Assembly (NCBI GenBank): GCA_019429465.1
Contig: JAHYIV010000008.1
Location: 20,597 to 84,596 of the forward strand
DNA length: 64,000 nt
Origin: Desulfoarculaceae bacterium
GTDB lineage: Bacteria; Desulfobacterota; Desulfobulbia; Desulfobulbales; Desulfocapsaceae
Direction: 5' to 3'
Made by a program: the position numbers and the translations under genes. Shown piece by piece: positions 8,953 to 18,517 of the stretch; the stretch's first letter is position 1; each line of letters starts with the position of its first letter. Under the pieces are notes generated by a model. It saw only the letters and a program-made list of their open reading frames with translations, had not been told where the DNA came from and did not search any database.

Positions 8953-10400
8953 TCGAGCTCGACCCGAAACTCAATAAAGTACCTGAGCAGATCGGCCACA
9001 TCCACATCATGGGGATCTGCGGCACCGGCATGGCGGCGCTTGCCGGGATGCTGAAGAGCTCAGGCTACACGGTGACCGGCTCCGACAGCGGTATCTATCC
9101 ACCAATGTCTGATTTCCTCAAGGAACAAGGGATTGTGGCCGCCGGCGATTATGGCCCGCAGAACCTCAAACCCCGGCCCGACCTGGTTATTGTCGGCAAT
9201 GTCATCACCCGTAAAAATCCGGAGGCCGCCGGGCTGGCAGCAGCAGCCATCCCCTATCTTTCCTTCCCCCAGGCCCTGGCCCATTTCTTTATCAGTGGCC
9301 GGACCTCGCTGGTGGTGGCCGGTACCCACGGCAAGACCACCACCTCCTCGCTGCTGGCCGCCGCACTCCATCAGGCAGGGCTCGATCCCTCCTTTATGAT
9401 CGGCGGCATTGTCCGTGAATTTGCTGCCAATTTCCGCCTGGGGCATGGCCCCCATTTTGTGGTGGAAGGCGACGAATACGATACCGCTTTTTTTGATAAA
9501 GGGTCAAAGTTTCTCCATTATCGACCCGACATTGCCATCATCACCTCTGTTGAATTCGATCATGCCGACATCTTTGCCGATCTCGACGCCATCAAACGTT
9601 CCTTCCGCAGGTTTGTGGCCCTGCTGCCGAAAGACGGCCTGATCGTCGCCCACCTCGATGACCCGAACGTGGCCGAGGTCGTGGCTGATGCCCCCTGCGA
9701 AGTCCAGGGTTACGGCCTGAGTCCTGAGCTTTCCTGGTCGCTCGCAGGTCTCCGCGCTGAGCAGGGGGAGACTCATTTTCAGGTCCGCCACCAGGGTCAG
9801 CCCTGGGCCGATCTGACCGTCCGCCTGCCTGGCCGCCATAACTGCCTCAACAGTCTGGCCGTCACCGCCGTCCTCCACCGGATCGGTCTTGTCCCTGAAC
9901 AGATCAACAGTGCCCTCAGCAGCTTTGGCGGGATCAAACGCCGCCAGGAGGTGCGCGGGGTGGAGCGCGGCATCACGGTCATCGACGATTTTGCCCACCA
10001 TCCAACAGCGGTGCGCGAGACCCTCGGCGCCCTGAAGGCCGCCTATACCTGCCAACGGCTGGTAACGGTCTTTGAACCCCGGACCAACTCCTCCAGGCGG
10101 GCCATCTTCCAGCAGGATTACGTGAGCGCCTTTGACGCCGCCGACCTGATCCTGATCAGAGAACCGCTGCCCCTGGACAACGTTGCAGTGACAGATCTTT
10201 TTTCATCCACCCAGCTGGCCTCTGACCTGCAGGCGCGGGGGCTGGACGCCCGCACCTTTGCTGATACCGACGCCATCCTGGAACACCTCATGACCATCCT
10301 GCAGCCAGGGGATGTAGTGGCCATTCTCTCCAATGGCGGCTTTGACAACATCCACAGCCGTCTGCTGGTAAGATTACAGGAGACATCCAGCCGCATCTGA
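8949..10400 (+). CDS. mpl: UDP-N-acetylmuramate:L-alanyl-gamma-D-glutamyl-meso-diaminopimelate ligase
   Basis: HIMGICGTGMAALAGML, IYPPMS, GTHGKTTT, EGDEYDTAFFDKGSKFLHY, DDFAHHPTA and LSNGGF match Mpl rather than MurC. Confidence 0.85.
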   Translation: MIELDPKLNKVPEQIGHIHIMGICGTGMAALAGMLKSSGYTVTGSDSGIYPPMSDFLKEQGIVAAGDYGPQNLKPRPDLVIVGNVITRKNPEAAGLAAAAIPYLSFPQALAHFFISGRTSLVVAGTHGKTTTSSLLAAALHQAGLDPSFMIGGIVREFAANFRLGHGPHFVVEGDEYDTAFFDKGSKFLHYRPDIAIITSVEFDHADIFADLDAIKRSFRRFVALLPKDGLIVAHLDDPNVAEVVADAPCEVQGYGLSPELSWSLAGLRAEQGETHFQVRHQGQPWADLTVRLPGRHNCLNSLAVTAVLHRIGLVPEQINSALSSFGGIKRRQEVRGVERGITVIDDFAHHPTAVRETLGALKAAYTCQRLVTVFEPRTNSSRRAIFQQDYVSAFDAADLILIREPLPLDNVAVTDLFSSTQLASDLQARGLDARTFADTDAILEHLMTILQPGDVVAILSNGGFDNIHSRLLVRLQETSSRI

Positions 10401-10441
10401 CCGCCGCTGGTTCATGTATTCAAACCTCAACCACTCAACCG

Positions 10442-11584
10442 ATGATGAAACTCGCCGTCCTTAAGGAAACAGAAGAAGGAGAACACCGGGTCGCGCTCAT
10501 TCCTGACTCGATCAAACGCTTAGCGCAGAAAGGGTTTACCGTCCTCTTCGAAAAAGGGGCAGGAATCGGGGCCGGATACAGCGACCAGGAATACGAACAG
10601 GCTGGCGCCACCCTGGGGAGCTCGCCTTCGGAACTTGCCGGGCAGGCCGACTGTGTGGTCAAGGTGCGGCCCCCTTCACTCGATGAGGCCGGGATGCTGA
10701 GCAGCAACAGTGTCTTGATCGCCATCCTCCAGCCTAGCCTCAGACTTGATCTGGTGACAAAACTGGTGGAAAAACAGGTCACCTCCTTTGGTCTCGATAT
10801 CATCCCCCGCACTTCCCTGGCCCAATCCATGGACGTCCTCAGCTCCATGAGCACCATCGCCGGCTACAAGGCCGTGCTGCTGGCCGCCGACACCATCAAC
10901 CGCTTCTTTCCCATGCTCATGACCGCCGCCGGCACCATTGCCCCGGCCAAGGTGCTGGTCATCGGCGCCGGCGTGGCCGGACTCATGGCCTGCGCCACCG
11001 CCAAGCGTCTGGGCGGCGTGGTCGAGGCCTTTGATGTCCGAGCAGAGGTCAAGGAGCAGGTAAAGTCGGTGGGGGCCAGATTTATTGAGGTCCCATTCAG
11101 TGAGGACGGTTCCGGGGGTGGCGGCTATGCCAAAGAGATGTCAGACGAATACAAGCAGAAACAGGCGGAGCTGATCAGCAAACATATCGCCAAGTCCGAC
11201 GTGGTCATCCCCACTGCCCTGATTCCAGGACGCAAGGCGCCCATCCTGATCAGCGAAGAACAGGTGGCCAGCATGAAACCGGGCTCGGTCATCGTTGATC
11301 TGGCAGCCGAGATGGGCGGCAACTGCGCCCTGACCCAGCCCGGCCGGACCATTATCGCCCATGGGGTGACCATAGTCGGCCACAGCAACCTGCCATCGAC
11401 CATGTCTTTCCATGCCAGCCAGATGTTTTCCCGCAATATCGAAAAGTTCCTCCTCCATCTCTGTGACGAAAAGGGCTTCAAGATGGACATGAATGATGAA
11501 ATTACCCGTGGATCCCTGGTCACCAAAGACGGCCAGGTGGTCCACGAACCGACCAGCAGCCAGATGGCCGGCTCGAAGATATAA
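10442..11584 (+). CDS. pntAA: NAD(P) transhydrogenase subunit alpha, part 1
   Basis: The product has an alanine-dehydrogenase/PNT-type fold with the Rossmann motif VLVIGAGVAGL, and the membrane alpha-2 and beta subunits follow directly. Confidence 0.9.
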   Translation: MMKLAVLKETEEGEHRVALIPDSIKRLAQKGFTVLFEKGAGIGAGYSDQEYEQAGATLGSSPSELAGQADCVVKVRPPSLDEAGMLSSNSVLIAILQPSLRLDLVTKLVEKQVTSFGLDIIPRTSLAQSMDVLSSMSTIAGYKAVLLAADTINRFFPMLMTAAGTIAPAKVLVIGAGVAGLMACATAKRLGGVVEAFDVRAEVKEQVKSVGARFIEVPFSEDGSGGGGYAKEMSDEYKQKQAELISKHIAKSDVVIPTALIPGRKAPILISEEQVASMKPGSVIVDLAAEMGGNCALTQPGRTIIAHGVTIVGHSNLPSTMSFHASQMFSRNIEKFLLHLCDEKGFKMDMNDEITRGSLVTKDGQVVHEPTSSQMAGSKI

Positions 11585-11597
11585 CAGGAGAATCAAA

Positions 11598-11882
11598 ATG
11601 GATATTGGAACAATCATCATCGGCTTGACCATTTTCGTCCTGGCCTGTTTTGCCGGGGCGGAGCTTATCTCCAAGGTGCCGCCGACCCTGCACACCCCGC
11701 TGATGTCAGGATCAAATGCCATCTCAGGCATAGCTATTCTGGGAGCTCTTCTGGCCACAGGACATTCCGAATCATTGAGTTCCATCTCTCTTATTGGTTT
11801 TCTGGCCGTTATCTTTGCCTCCATCAATGTGGTTGGAGGCTACCTGGTGACCAGGCGGATGCTGCAGATGTTCAAGAAATAG
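11598..11882 (+). CDS. pntAB: NAD(P) transhydrogenase subunit alpha, part 2 (membrane)
   Basis: ATG 11598 follows AGGAG (11587-11591). The product is 94 aa and hydrophobic, with HTPLMSGSNAISGI. The ORF-track start at 11493 lies inside pntAA. Confidence 0.85.
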   Translation: MDIGTIIIGLTIFVLACFAGAELISKVPPTLHTPLMSGSNAISGIAILGALLATGHSESLSSISLIGFLAVIFASINVVGGYLVTRRMLQMFKK

Positions 11883-12022
11883 GAAAGAAGAGATCCCCTG
11901 AAAAGCCATTCTGTAATCAGCTGCTCTCTTCCCGTTCACAAGCAGACATCCTGCGGACACTTTATACCCTCCTGGCGCCGGGCTGTCTTCTCATATAAAC
12001 CACAGAAAAGTGCGTGACCCCC

Positions 12023-13402
12023 ATGTCTTATCACCTCATCAATCTCATCTATCTTGCATCCGCCACCCTGTTCATGCTGGGCATCAAATTTCTGAGCTCA
12101 CCCAATACGGCAGCAAAGGGGAACTACCTGTCCATGATTGGCATGGGAGCGGCCATCACCATAACCCTGGCCACCCCCGGCCTCCATGGATTTGCCATGA
12201 TTGGAGCCGGCGTGGCCATGGGCGCGGTCATCGGCGGCTATGCCGCAATCAAGGTCAAGATGACCTCCATGCCCGAGATGGTGGCCCTGTTCAACGGCTG
12301 CGGCGGTGCTGCCTCGGCCCTTGTTGCCATGGCTGAGTTTCGGGGCCCAGGCTCAGAATTTGACTCCTTTACCCTGATCGCCCTCCTGCTCTCCATGATC
12401 ATCGGCGGACTGACCTTCACCGGTTCCCTCATGGCCTATGCAAAACTGCAGGGTCTGATCTCCACCCGCCCCATCACCTATCCCGCGCAACAGTTTATCA
12501 ATGGCATCATTGTCCTGACGACCCTTGTCCTGGCCTCCCTTCTCTTCCGGGATCCGGCCAATATGCCTCTCTTTCTCGCCATTCTCGCCCTGGCGCTGGG
12601 CCTTGGCGTGCTGGCCGTTATTCCCATCGGCGGCGCCGACATGCCGGTTATCATCTGCCTGCTCAACTCCTATTCGGGGCTGGCCGTTTCCATGACCGGT
12701 TTTGCCCTGCGCAATAACGCCCTGATCATTACCGGCTCTCTGGTCGGCGCCTCCGGCATCTTCCTGACCAAGATCATGTGCGATGCCATGAACCGCTCCC
12801 TGGCCAATGTCCTCTTCAGCGCCTTCGGCAAGGTGGTCGAATCGGCAGACGACACAGGAGAAGGCCCGGCAGGAACGATGAAGGGGTTTGAGGTGGAGGA
12901 TGTGGCTACCATCCTGGCCAATGCCGGGACACTGATCATTGTTCCAGGGTATGGCATGGCCGCAGCCCAGGCCCAGCATGCCACCCGGGAGCTTGGTGAT
13001 TATCTGGCCGAGCAGGGGGTCGAAGTCCGCTACGCCATTCATCCCGTTGCCGGTCGCATGCCGGGCCACATGAATGTCCTGCTGGCCGAGGCCGATGTCC
13101 CCTATGATCAGCTTTTTGCACTCGAAGATATCAATGATGATTTTGCCTCCACCGATGCGGTCTTGGTAATTGGCGCTAACGATGTGGTTAATCCCGCTGC
13201 CAAGACCAACCCCGCCAGCCCCATCTACGGCATGCCGGTGCTCGATGTGGAAAAGGCGACAACCGTGATTGTCCTCAAACGCTCTATGAATGTCGGTTTT
13301 GCCGGCATTGAAAATGAGCTCTTCTATATGAACAACACCAAGATGCTCTTTGGAGACGCCAAGTCTTCCCTGCAAAAACTCCTGACAGCCCTCAAACAAT
13401 AA
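12023..13402 (+). CDS. pntB: NAD(P) transhydrogenase subunit beta
   Basis: The product has a multi-TM N-terminal half and a C-terminal NADP(H) domain (VPGYGMAAAQAQH, HPVAGRMPGHMNVLLAEA, IGANDVVNP). I preferred ATG 12023 over the ORF-track GTG at 12014. Confidence 0.9.
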   Translation: MSYHLINLIYLASATLFMLGIKFLSSPNTAAKGNYLSMIGMGAAITITLATPGLHGFAMIGAGVAMGAVIGGYAAIKVKMTSMPEMVALFNGCGGAASALVAMAEFRGPGSEFDSFTLIALLLSMIIGGLTFTGSLMAYAKLQGLISTRPITYPAQQFINGIIVLTTLVLASLLFRDPANMPLFLAILALALGLGVLAVIPIGGADMPVIICLLNSYSGLAVSMTGFALRNNALIITGSLVGASGIFLTKIMCDAMNRSLANVLFSAFGKVVESADDTGEGPAGTMKGFEVEDVATILANAGTLIIVPGYGMAAAQAQHATRELGDYLAEQGVEVRYAIHPVAGRMPGHMNVLLAEADVPYDQLFALEDINDDFASTDAVLVIGANDVVNPAAKTNPASPIYGMPVLDVEKATTVIVLKRSMNVGFAGIENELFYMNNTKMLFGDAKSSLQKLLTALKQ

Positions 13403-13415
13403 CAAGTAGATCCCG

Positions 13416-14477
13416 TTGAAACAGCCGACACCCCCCGCAATCCTGCGCCAGCGGATCGGCGCCCTGCTGACGGCAAAAGACCTCATAAAAAACGGTGACA
13501 CGCTCATCGTCGGGGTCTCGGGCGGCCCGGACTCGGTGGCCCTGCTCCACATCCTCTGCTCCGCCCAGCCGCTGCTCCGTTGTATCGCCGTTTATATTGA
13601 TCACGGACTGAGGCCGGATGAAACCGGAGCCGAGATCGAACTGGTGCGGGGTCTGGCCCGGCAGCTTCAGGCCGGGTTTGAACGAATATCCGTCGATGTC
13701 ATAAAGGCGTCCCGACAGGACAAGAGCTCCATTGAAGAGAGCGCCCGTACCCTGCGCTATCAGGCTCTGGAAGAGATGCGCCGGCAATACCGCGGAACAG
13801 CAATCGCCGTAGCCCATACCGCTGATGACCAGGCCGAGGAGCTCCTGATCCGCCTCATCCGCGGCAGTGGTCGTAAAGGACTGTCAGGCATGCAGTTCAA
13901 AAACGGCCGGATCATCCGGCCGCTCCTCCATGAAAGCAAAGAGACCCTGCTTCACTATCTGCAGGCCCAGCAGATCCCTTTCTGTATCGACAGCTCCAAC
14001 CTGGAACGCACCTACCTGAGAAACAGGGTGCGGCTTGACCTCCTGCCCTATCTGCAGGAGCACTTCAACAAATCCATCAAGCAGACCCTGCTCCAGACCG
14101 CCAGAATCCTTCAAGATGAGGAGGCGCTGCTGGCCGAGATGACTGATAAGGCCTGGCATCAGGTGGCCAGAGAGGTTGCAATCCAGCCGGTCCCCCCTGA
14201 CTCACCCCCCCACACTATCCAGCTTGACACAAAAGCATTCTGCCAATGCCATCCGGCCCTCCAGCGGCGCATCCTCGAAAAATGCTGCTGGCAGATGGGG
14301 GCCAGGCCGCAATTCCGGCAGATAGCGCAGCTGCTTGACCTGTTGCATATGGCACAGACCGGTGCGGAGATCCATCTGAGCAAGGGATTGCGGGCGCACA
14401 AGAACCGCCAGGGTGTGGTTTTCTGCTATCCGGTAGGCAAATGCAGTTACAGAGGAGGCGTAAGGAAGGAAGTTTAA
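13416..14477 (+). CDS. tilS: tRNA(Ile)-lysidine synthase
   Basis: The PP-loop VGVSGGPDSVALLH and downstream TilS-like regions are present. The start codon is TTG at 13416. Confidence 0.85.
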   Translation: MKQPTPPAILRQRIGALLTAKDLIKNGDTLIVGVSGGPDSVALLHILCSAQPLLRCIAVYIDHGLRPDETGAEIELVRGLARQLQAGFERISVDVIKASRQDKSSIEESARTLRYQALEEMRRQYRGTAIAVAHTADDQAEELLIRLIRGSGRKGLSGMQFKNGRIIRPLLHESKETLLHYLQAQQIPFCIDSSNLERTYLRNRVRLDLLPYLQEHFNKSIKQTLLQTARILQDEEALLAEMTDKAWHQVAREVAIQPVPPDSPPHTIQLDTKAFCQCHPALQRRILEKCCWQMGARPQFRQIAQLLDLLHMAQTGAEIHLSKGLRAHKNRQGVVFCYPVGKCSYRGGVRKEV

Positions 14478-14823
14478 CCACGAGATTTGCGGACCTTGCA
14501 ATGATGGTAAGCGCCACAAGAACCGTATCATTTTTTATTCCCCCACCCGTCACGGCGAGGCGCGCAGCAACGTGGCAGTCCAGAGAGGTGTGTGGGGCCA
14601 CGATCACTTAAACCTCCGGCGTTACTTCACCGTCATTCGCACAGACGGGCAGGGTTCTCTGGATTGCTTCGCCGCCGCTCGCAAAGACGATGTCCATTGC
14701 ACCTGGCCACTTCCCCTATAGATTACCTGGTGGCCCTGCTCCCCTGGAACTTGAGGCAAGCGCAATTGCCTGGACAAGTCAGGTGGAGGGGTTGATTGGG
14801 CGCTTAGAAACAAACGGAGTGTT

Positions 14824-16176
14824 TCAGCCCAGATCCGCCTTGCTCACCATGGCGCACAGTTCGTCGGCCATGGCCCCGATCACCGACTCATCCTGACCTT
14901 CGATCATCACCCTGATCAGCGATTCGGTGCCGGATGGCCGGACCAGGATACGACCGGTATCTCCCAGCTTCTGTTCCATGTTCCGCACGGTCGCCGTAAA
15001 TTCAGGAATATGGTTGACAACTATCTTTGAAGAGGTCCGGACATTTTTCAAGACCTGGGGGAAGCTCTCCATGACCGTGGCCAGTTCAGAGAGGGGTTTA
15101 CGCTGTTTTTTCATGATGGCGAGCAGCTGCAGGGCCGCAAGAGTGCCGTCGCCGGTGGTGATATGATCCAGAAACACCAGATGGCCGGACTGCTCGCCGC
15201 CAAAGGAATAGCCGTTTTTGCGCATCTCCTCGACCACGTAGCGGTCACCGACCTTGGTGCGCACCATCCGTCCGCCCATCTTCTGCATGGCCACCTCGAG
15301 TCCCATGTTTGACATCACGGTCGCCACCAGGGTCTTCTTCTTCAGTTTTCGCTGTTTCATCAACTCGGCGGCACAGATGGCCATGATATGATCGCCGTCG
15401 ATGATCCGGCCCTTTTCATCGGCAACAATAAGCCGATCGCCGTCACCATCTAGGGCCAGCCCGATATCGGCGCCGGTCTGGCGCACAACCTCCGCCATGT
15501 GTTGCGGATACAGGGCCCCGCAATCCTTATTTATATTCTTGCCATCCGGATTGACCCCGAAAGTGGTAACCTTGGCCCCCAGCTCTTCAAAGACATGAGG
15601 AGACACCCCGTAGGTTGCACCGTGGGCGCAGTCGAGGACAATATGGAAGCCCTCCAGGGTAAATTTTTTAGGAAAGGTGTTTTTCAGAAAAACGATATAG
15701 CGGCCCCTGGCATCATCAATACGACGCGCCCGTCCCACCTCGTCGGCCACTGGCCGGAGGGCCGCCATCTTCTGGGAGAAGATCAGCTCTTCGATGTCGG
15801 CCTCATACTCATCCGGCAGCTTGAAGCCATCGCTGGAAAAGATCTTGATCCCGTTATCCTGAAAGGGATTGTGCGAGGCCGAGATCACCACCCCCGCGTC
15901 GGCCCGCATGGAGGTGGTAATAAAGGCGATACCGGGGGTCGGCAGAGGACCGACAAGAAGGACATCCACTCCCATGGAACAGATACCGGCGGCCAGGGCA
16001 TTTTCAATCATATACCCTGAGAGACGGGTATCCTTGCCGATGACGATCCGATGCCCCTTGGCCCGGTGTTTGACCTGAAAGGCAATGGCCCGACCGACCT
16101 GCATGGCAATCTCGGTGGTCATGGGATAGATATTAGCCACCCCGCGGATGCCGTCTGTGCCAAATAATTTTTTCAT
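14824..16176 (-). CDS. glmM: phosphoglucosamine mutase
   Basis: [12 protein letters not shown], the active-site motif SASHNP, DGDGDR and GEQSGH are present. I trimmed the start to ATG 16176. Confidence 0.95.
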   Translation of the reverse strand: MKKLFGTDGIRGVANIYPMTTEIAMQVGRAIAFQVKHRAKGHRIVIGKDTRLSGYMIENALAAGICSMGVDVLLVGPLPTPGIAFITTSMRADAGVVISASHNPFQDNGIKIFSSDGFKLPDEYEADIEELIFSQKMAALRPVADEVGRARRIDDARGRYIVFLKNTFPKKFTLEGFHIVLDCAHGATYGVSPHVFEELGAKVTTFGVNPDGKNINKDCGALYPQHMAEVVRQTGADIGLALDGDGDRLIVADEKGRIIDGDHIMAICAAELMKQRKLKKKTLVATVMSNMGLEVAMQKMGGRMVRTKVGDRYVVEEMRKNGYSFGGEQSGHLVFLDHITTGDGTLAALQLLAIMKKQRKPLSELATVMESFPQVLKNVRTSSKIVVNHIPEFTATVRNMEQKLGDTGRILVRPSGTESLIRVMIEGQDESVIGAMADELCAMVSKADLG

Positions 16177-16301
16177 GCCTGACCTGTCTCTTAGTTTTGT
16201 AGCCATTAAATAGTTACTTGTTGCTGTTGGGTTACGGCTTCAAAAGACTCGTCTAACTCAACTTTCACTCTCTTTTCCATTGTAGATGACCTTACTCTAA
16301 C

Positions 16302-17315
16302 CTATTCTTTCAGGGGATCCTCGTCCTGCTTTGGCAAGGATGGCAACGCATCCGGCTTTTCTTCAACATACGTCACCACCAGGGGTTCGACCTTGACGAC
16401 CCGTATCGGACCTGCGGTTTGTTCCCTCGGCACAACCCTGACTGTCATCTTTCCTTCTTCGGTTTCGTTCTCAACAGTCACCCTGAACAGGGATTGAAGG
16501 TTGTTATTCTCCCGAGTCAGACTTCTGGGCAAGATTGCGGTCACGGTAACCGTGGCGGGGCTGATTCGCCGAATACCTTTATAGCTGTTTAACTCAATCG
16601 GCAGACCGGATATACTCTTCTCCACGGTCTCCTCAACAATAACCAGATCCGCGGTCACCGAAGTTTCACCGATCAGCTCAATGAGTCCCGGATTCAGGAC
16701 CAGGGGGATCTGCAGCTGCTTAGGCTGAGACATTCCGCTGATATCAATCACCTGGGTCTGCAAGACGTCCACTTGCGCCAGTACTGCCTGAGGCCCGGTA
16801 ATAGAAATGGTCTCCGGTTTCATCACAATATCCTGGAGGATATAATGAGACGCTGGAGCTCCTGTAGTGACCGGCTTTACGGCAAGCTGTTTCTGGATAA
16901 GTTTGTCGAGCGAAAAGATAAGCGAGTCTGGCTGTATCCGCAGGACTTTCATCCCGCGCGACACAGGAATCATATGGGGCTCATTTTTTATGACCATCGT
17001 GCCAGGAACGGCGTGGCTAAGATCCACCTGCCTGGTTATATCTCCCTTTTCTATCTTCAAGACCTGGCTGCGCGAACCACTGATCGTAACCTCAATCTCC
17101 CGCTTGAACTGATTAGAGATCACCAGATCCCGCGGCAGGTTAATAACCTCAACGGGAGCCAGCACATTCTTGTCGACGGTATCATCGCCACCGACAAAAT
17201 ACCAGAGGAGCACGGCCAAGGCCAAAGAGATAAAACGCAAGGTCCAATCCTTCGGCCATGCCTCCTGTAAATCCTTGAAATCATGGATCTGTAATGGTGT
17301 CTTATATAAACTCAT
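16302..17315 (-). CDS. cdaR: YbbR/CdaR-like regulator of diadenylate cyclase
   Basis: The product has an N-terminal TM segment followed by repeated YbbR-like beta domains. Its ATG 17315 overlaps the cdaA TGA as ATGA. The gene order cdaA-cdaR-glmM is conserved. Confidence 0.75.
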   Translation of the reverse strand: MSLYKTPLQIHDFKDLQEAWPKDWTLRFISLALAVLLWYFVGGDDTVDKNVLAPVEVINLPRDLVISNQFKREIEVTISGSRSQVLKIEKGDITRQVDLSHAVPGTMVIKNEPHMIPVSRGMKVLRIQPDSLIFSLDKLIQKQLAVKPVTTGAPASHYILQDIVMKPETISITGPQAVLAQVDVLQTQVIDISGMSQPKQLQIPLVLNPGLIELIGETSVTADLVIVEETVEKSISGLPIELNSYKGIRRISPATVTVTAILPRSLTRENNNLQSLFRVTVENETEEGKMTVRVVPREQTAGPIRVVKVEPLVVTYVEEKPDALPSLPKQDEDPLKE

Positions 17316-18103
17316 GATCTGCCCACCCAACTCTTCCAGCTCTGCGCCTGCTGATCTTTCACTATAAAAATGGCATGAAGCCCCTTGGTCAGTGTCATTT
17401 CATCAGTCATGCGGGTGAGCGCTCCATGCTGTACCAGTGAGACCTCCTGAGTCTCCTCAGAAACGACAATGATCACGGCATCAGTCTCTTCCGACAGGCC
17501 AATTGCCGCCCGATGCCTGGTGCCAAATCGTTTATCGATATAAGGATTCTTGGTCAGGGGCAGAATGCAGCCTGCCGTCTGAATCCGCCCTTTCTGGATG
17601 ATCACCCCGCCATCATGCAGAGGGGAAACAGGCATAAAAATGGAGATCAACAACTCCTTGCTCAGCCTGGCGTCAAGATCAGAACCGGATTCAACAAAAT
17701 CGCGCAGGCCGCTCTCCCTCTCGAGGACAATCAAGGCACCGATACGCCGCTTGGAGAGATAGAAGACCGCCCGGACAATTTCATCGAGTTCCTTCTCAGC
17801 CATATCCCTGTTTTTCTGAAAGGGAGACTTCCCGACCTGGGTCAGGGCCCTGCGTATATCATGCTGGAAGACGATCACCACAATCAGCAGCAGGGAGCCG
17901 AGAAAGGTGTTCAGCAACCACTGCAGGGCAGCCATATCAAGGGCGACAGACATGAAATAGCCGGCACTGAGCACCACCAGCCCCAGGATCATCTGCACCG
18001 AACGCGTCCCCTTGATAATCAGGATGAGCTGATAGATGATAAAGGCCACCACCAGAATATCGAGCATATCCTGCCAGCGCAGCAATTTGAGTATTTCAAG
18101 CAT
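17312..18103 (-). CDS. cdaA: diadenylate cyclase (c-di-AMP synthase)
   Basis: The product has three N-terminal TM helices (MLEILKLLRWQDMLDILVVAFIIYQL) and a DAC domain (ALIVLERE, DGGVIIQ, GTRHRAAIGLSEETDA). I trimmed the start to ATG 18103. Confidence 0.9.
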   Translation of the reverse strand: MLEILKLLRWQDMLDILVVAFIIYQLILIIKGTRSVQMILGLVVLSAGYFMSVALDMAALQWLLNTFLGSLLLIVVIVFQHDIRRALTQVGKSPFQKNRDMAEKELDEIVRAVFYLSKRRIGALIVLERESGLRDFVESGSDLDARLSKELLISIFMPVSPLHDGGVIIQKGRIQTAGCILPLTKNPYIDKRFGTRHRAAIGLSEETDAVIIVVSEETQEVSLVQHGALTRMTDEMTLTKGLHAIFIVKDQQAQSWKSWVGRS

Positions 18104-18517
18104 AAAAGCAGCATCAGGGAGCGAGGAAAAGGGAACAGGAGGAAAAGACAGATCAGCCGTCAAGGCATCGCGTGACTGACAACCCATGATCCTCCAACAT
18201 CGTATGTTGTTTTTCAGTGTACAGCATAATCTCTGTTTTTTTCAATACATACTTTATAGCGTCATTCAAAAAACAACAGGAACATTGAAATGGCGCGCTC
18301 GGCTGTCGCTCTTCATCCTGCCAGCGAGCGATCGACGCAGGAATCCATGCTCCGCGCAAGGACTCGTCACGATATGGTCTAAGAGGTCATGATTATGTAA
18401 CGGCCCCTGACCTGAAGGTAAAAAGTTGGAAATTGCCAGTTAAAGATGGTAAGTTGCACTCCGTAGATATTTTATGAGTATCCTTGTTTCACCACCTCAT
18501 CAGAACGCCAACCAATC

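Noticed and set aside
14478-14823. The tilS-glmM gap could encode RNase P RNA, tmRNA, SRP RNA, 6S RNA or a riboswitch.
   Set aside because: The hallmark strings are absent on both strands: GAGGAAAGTCCGGGC for RNase P, a tRNA-like end with the tag ORF for tmRNA, and the GGAAGCAGCC helix-8 core for SRP. No downstream gene is positioned to be riboswitch-controlled, because both flanking genes end here.
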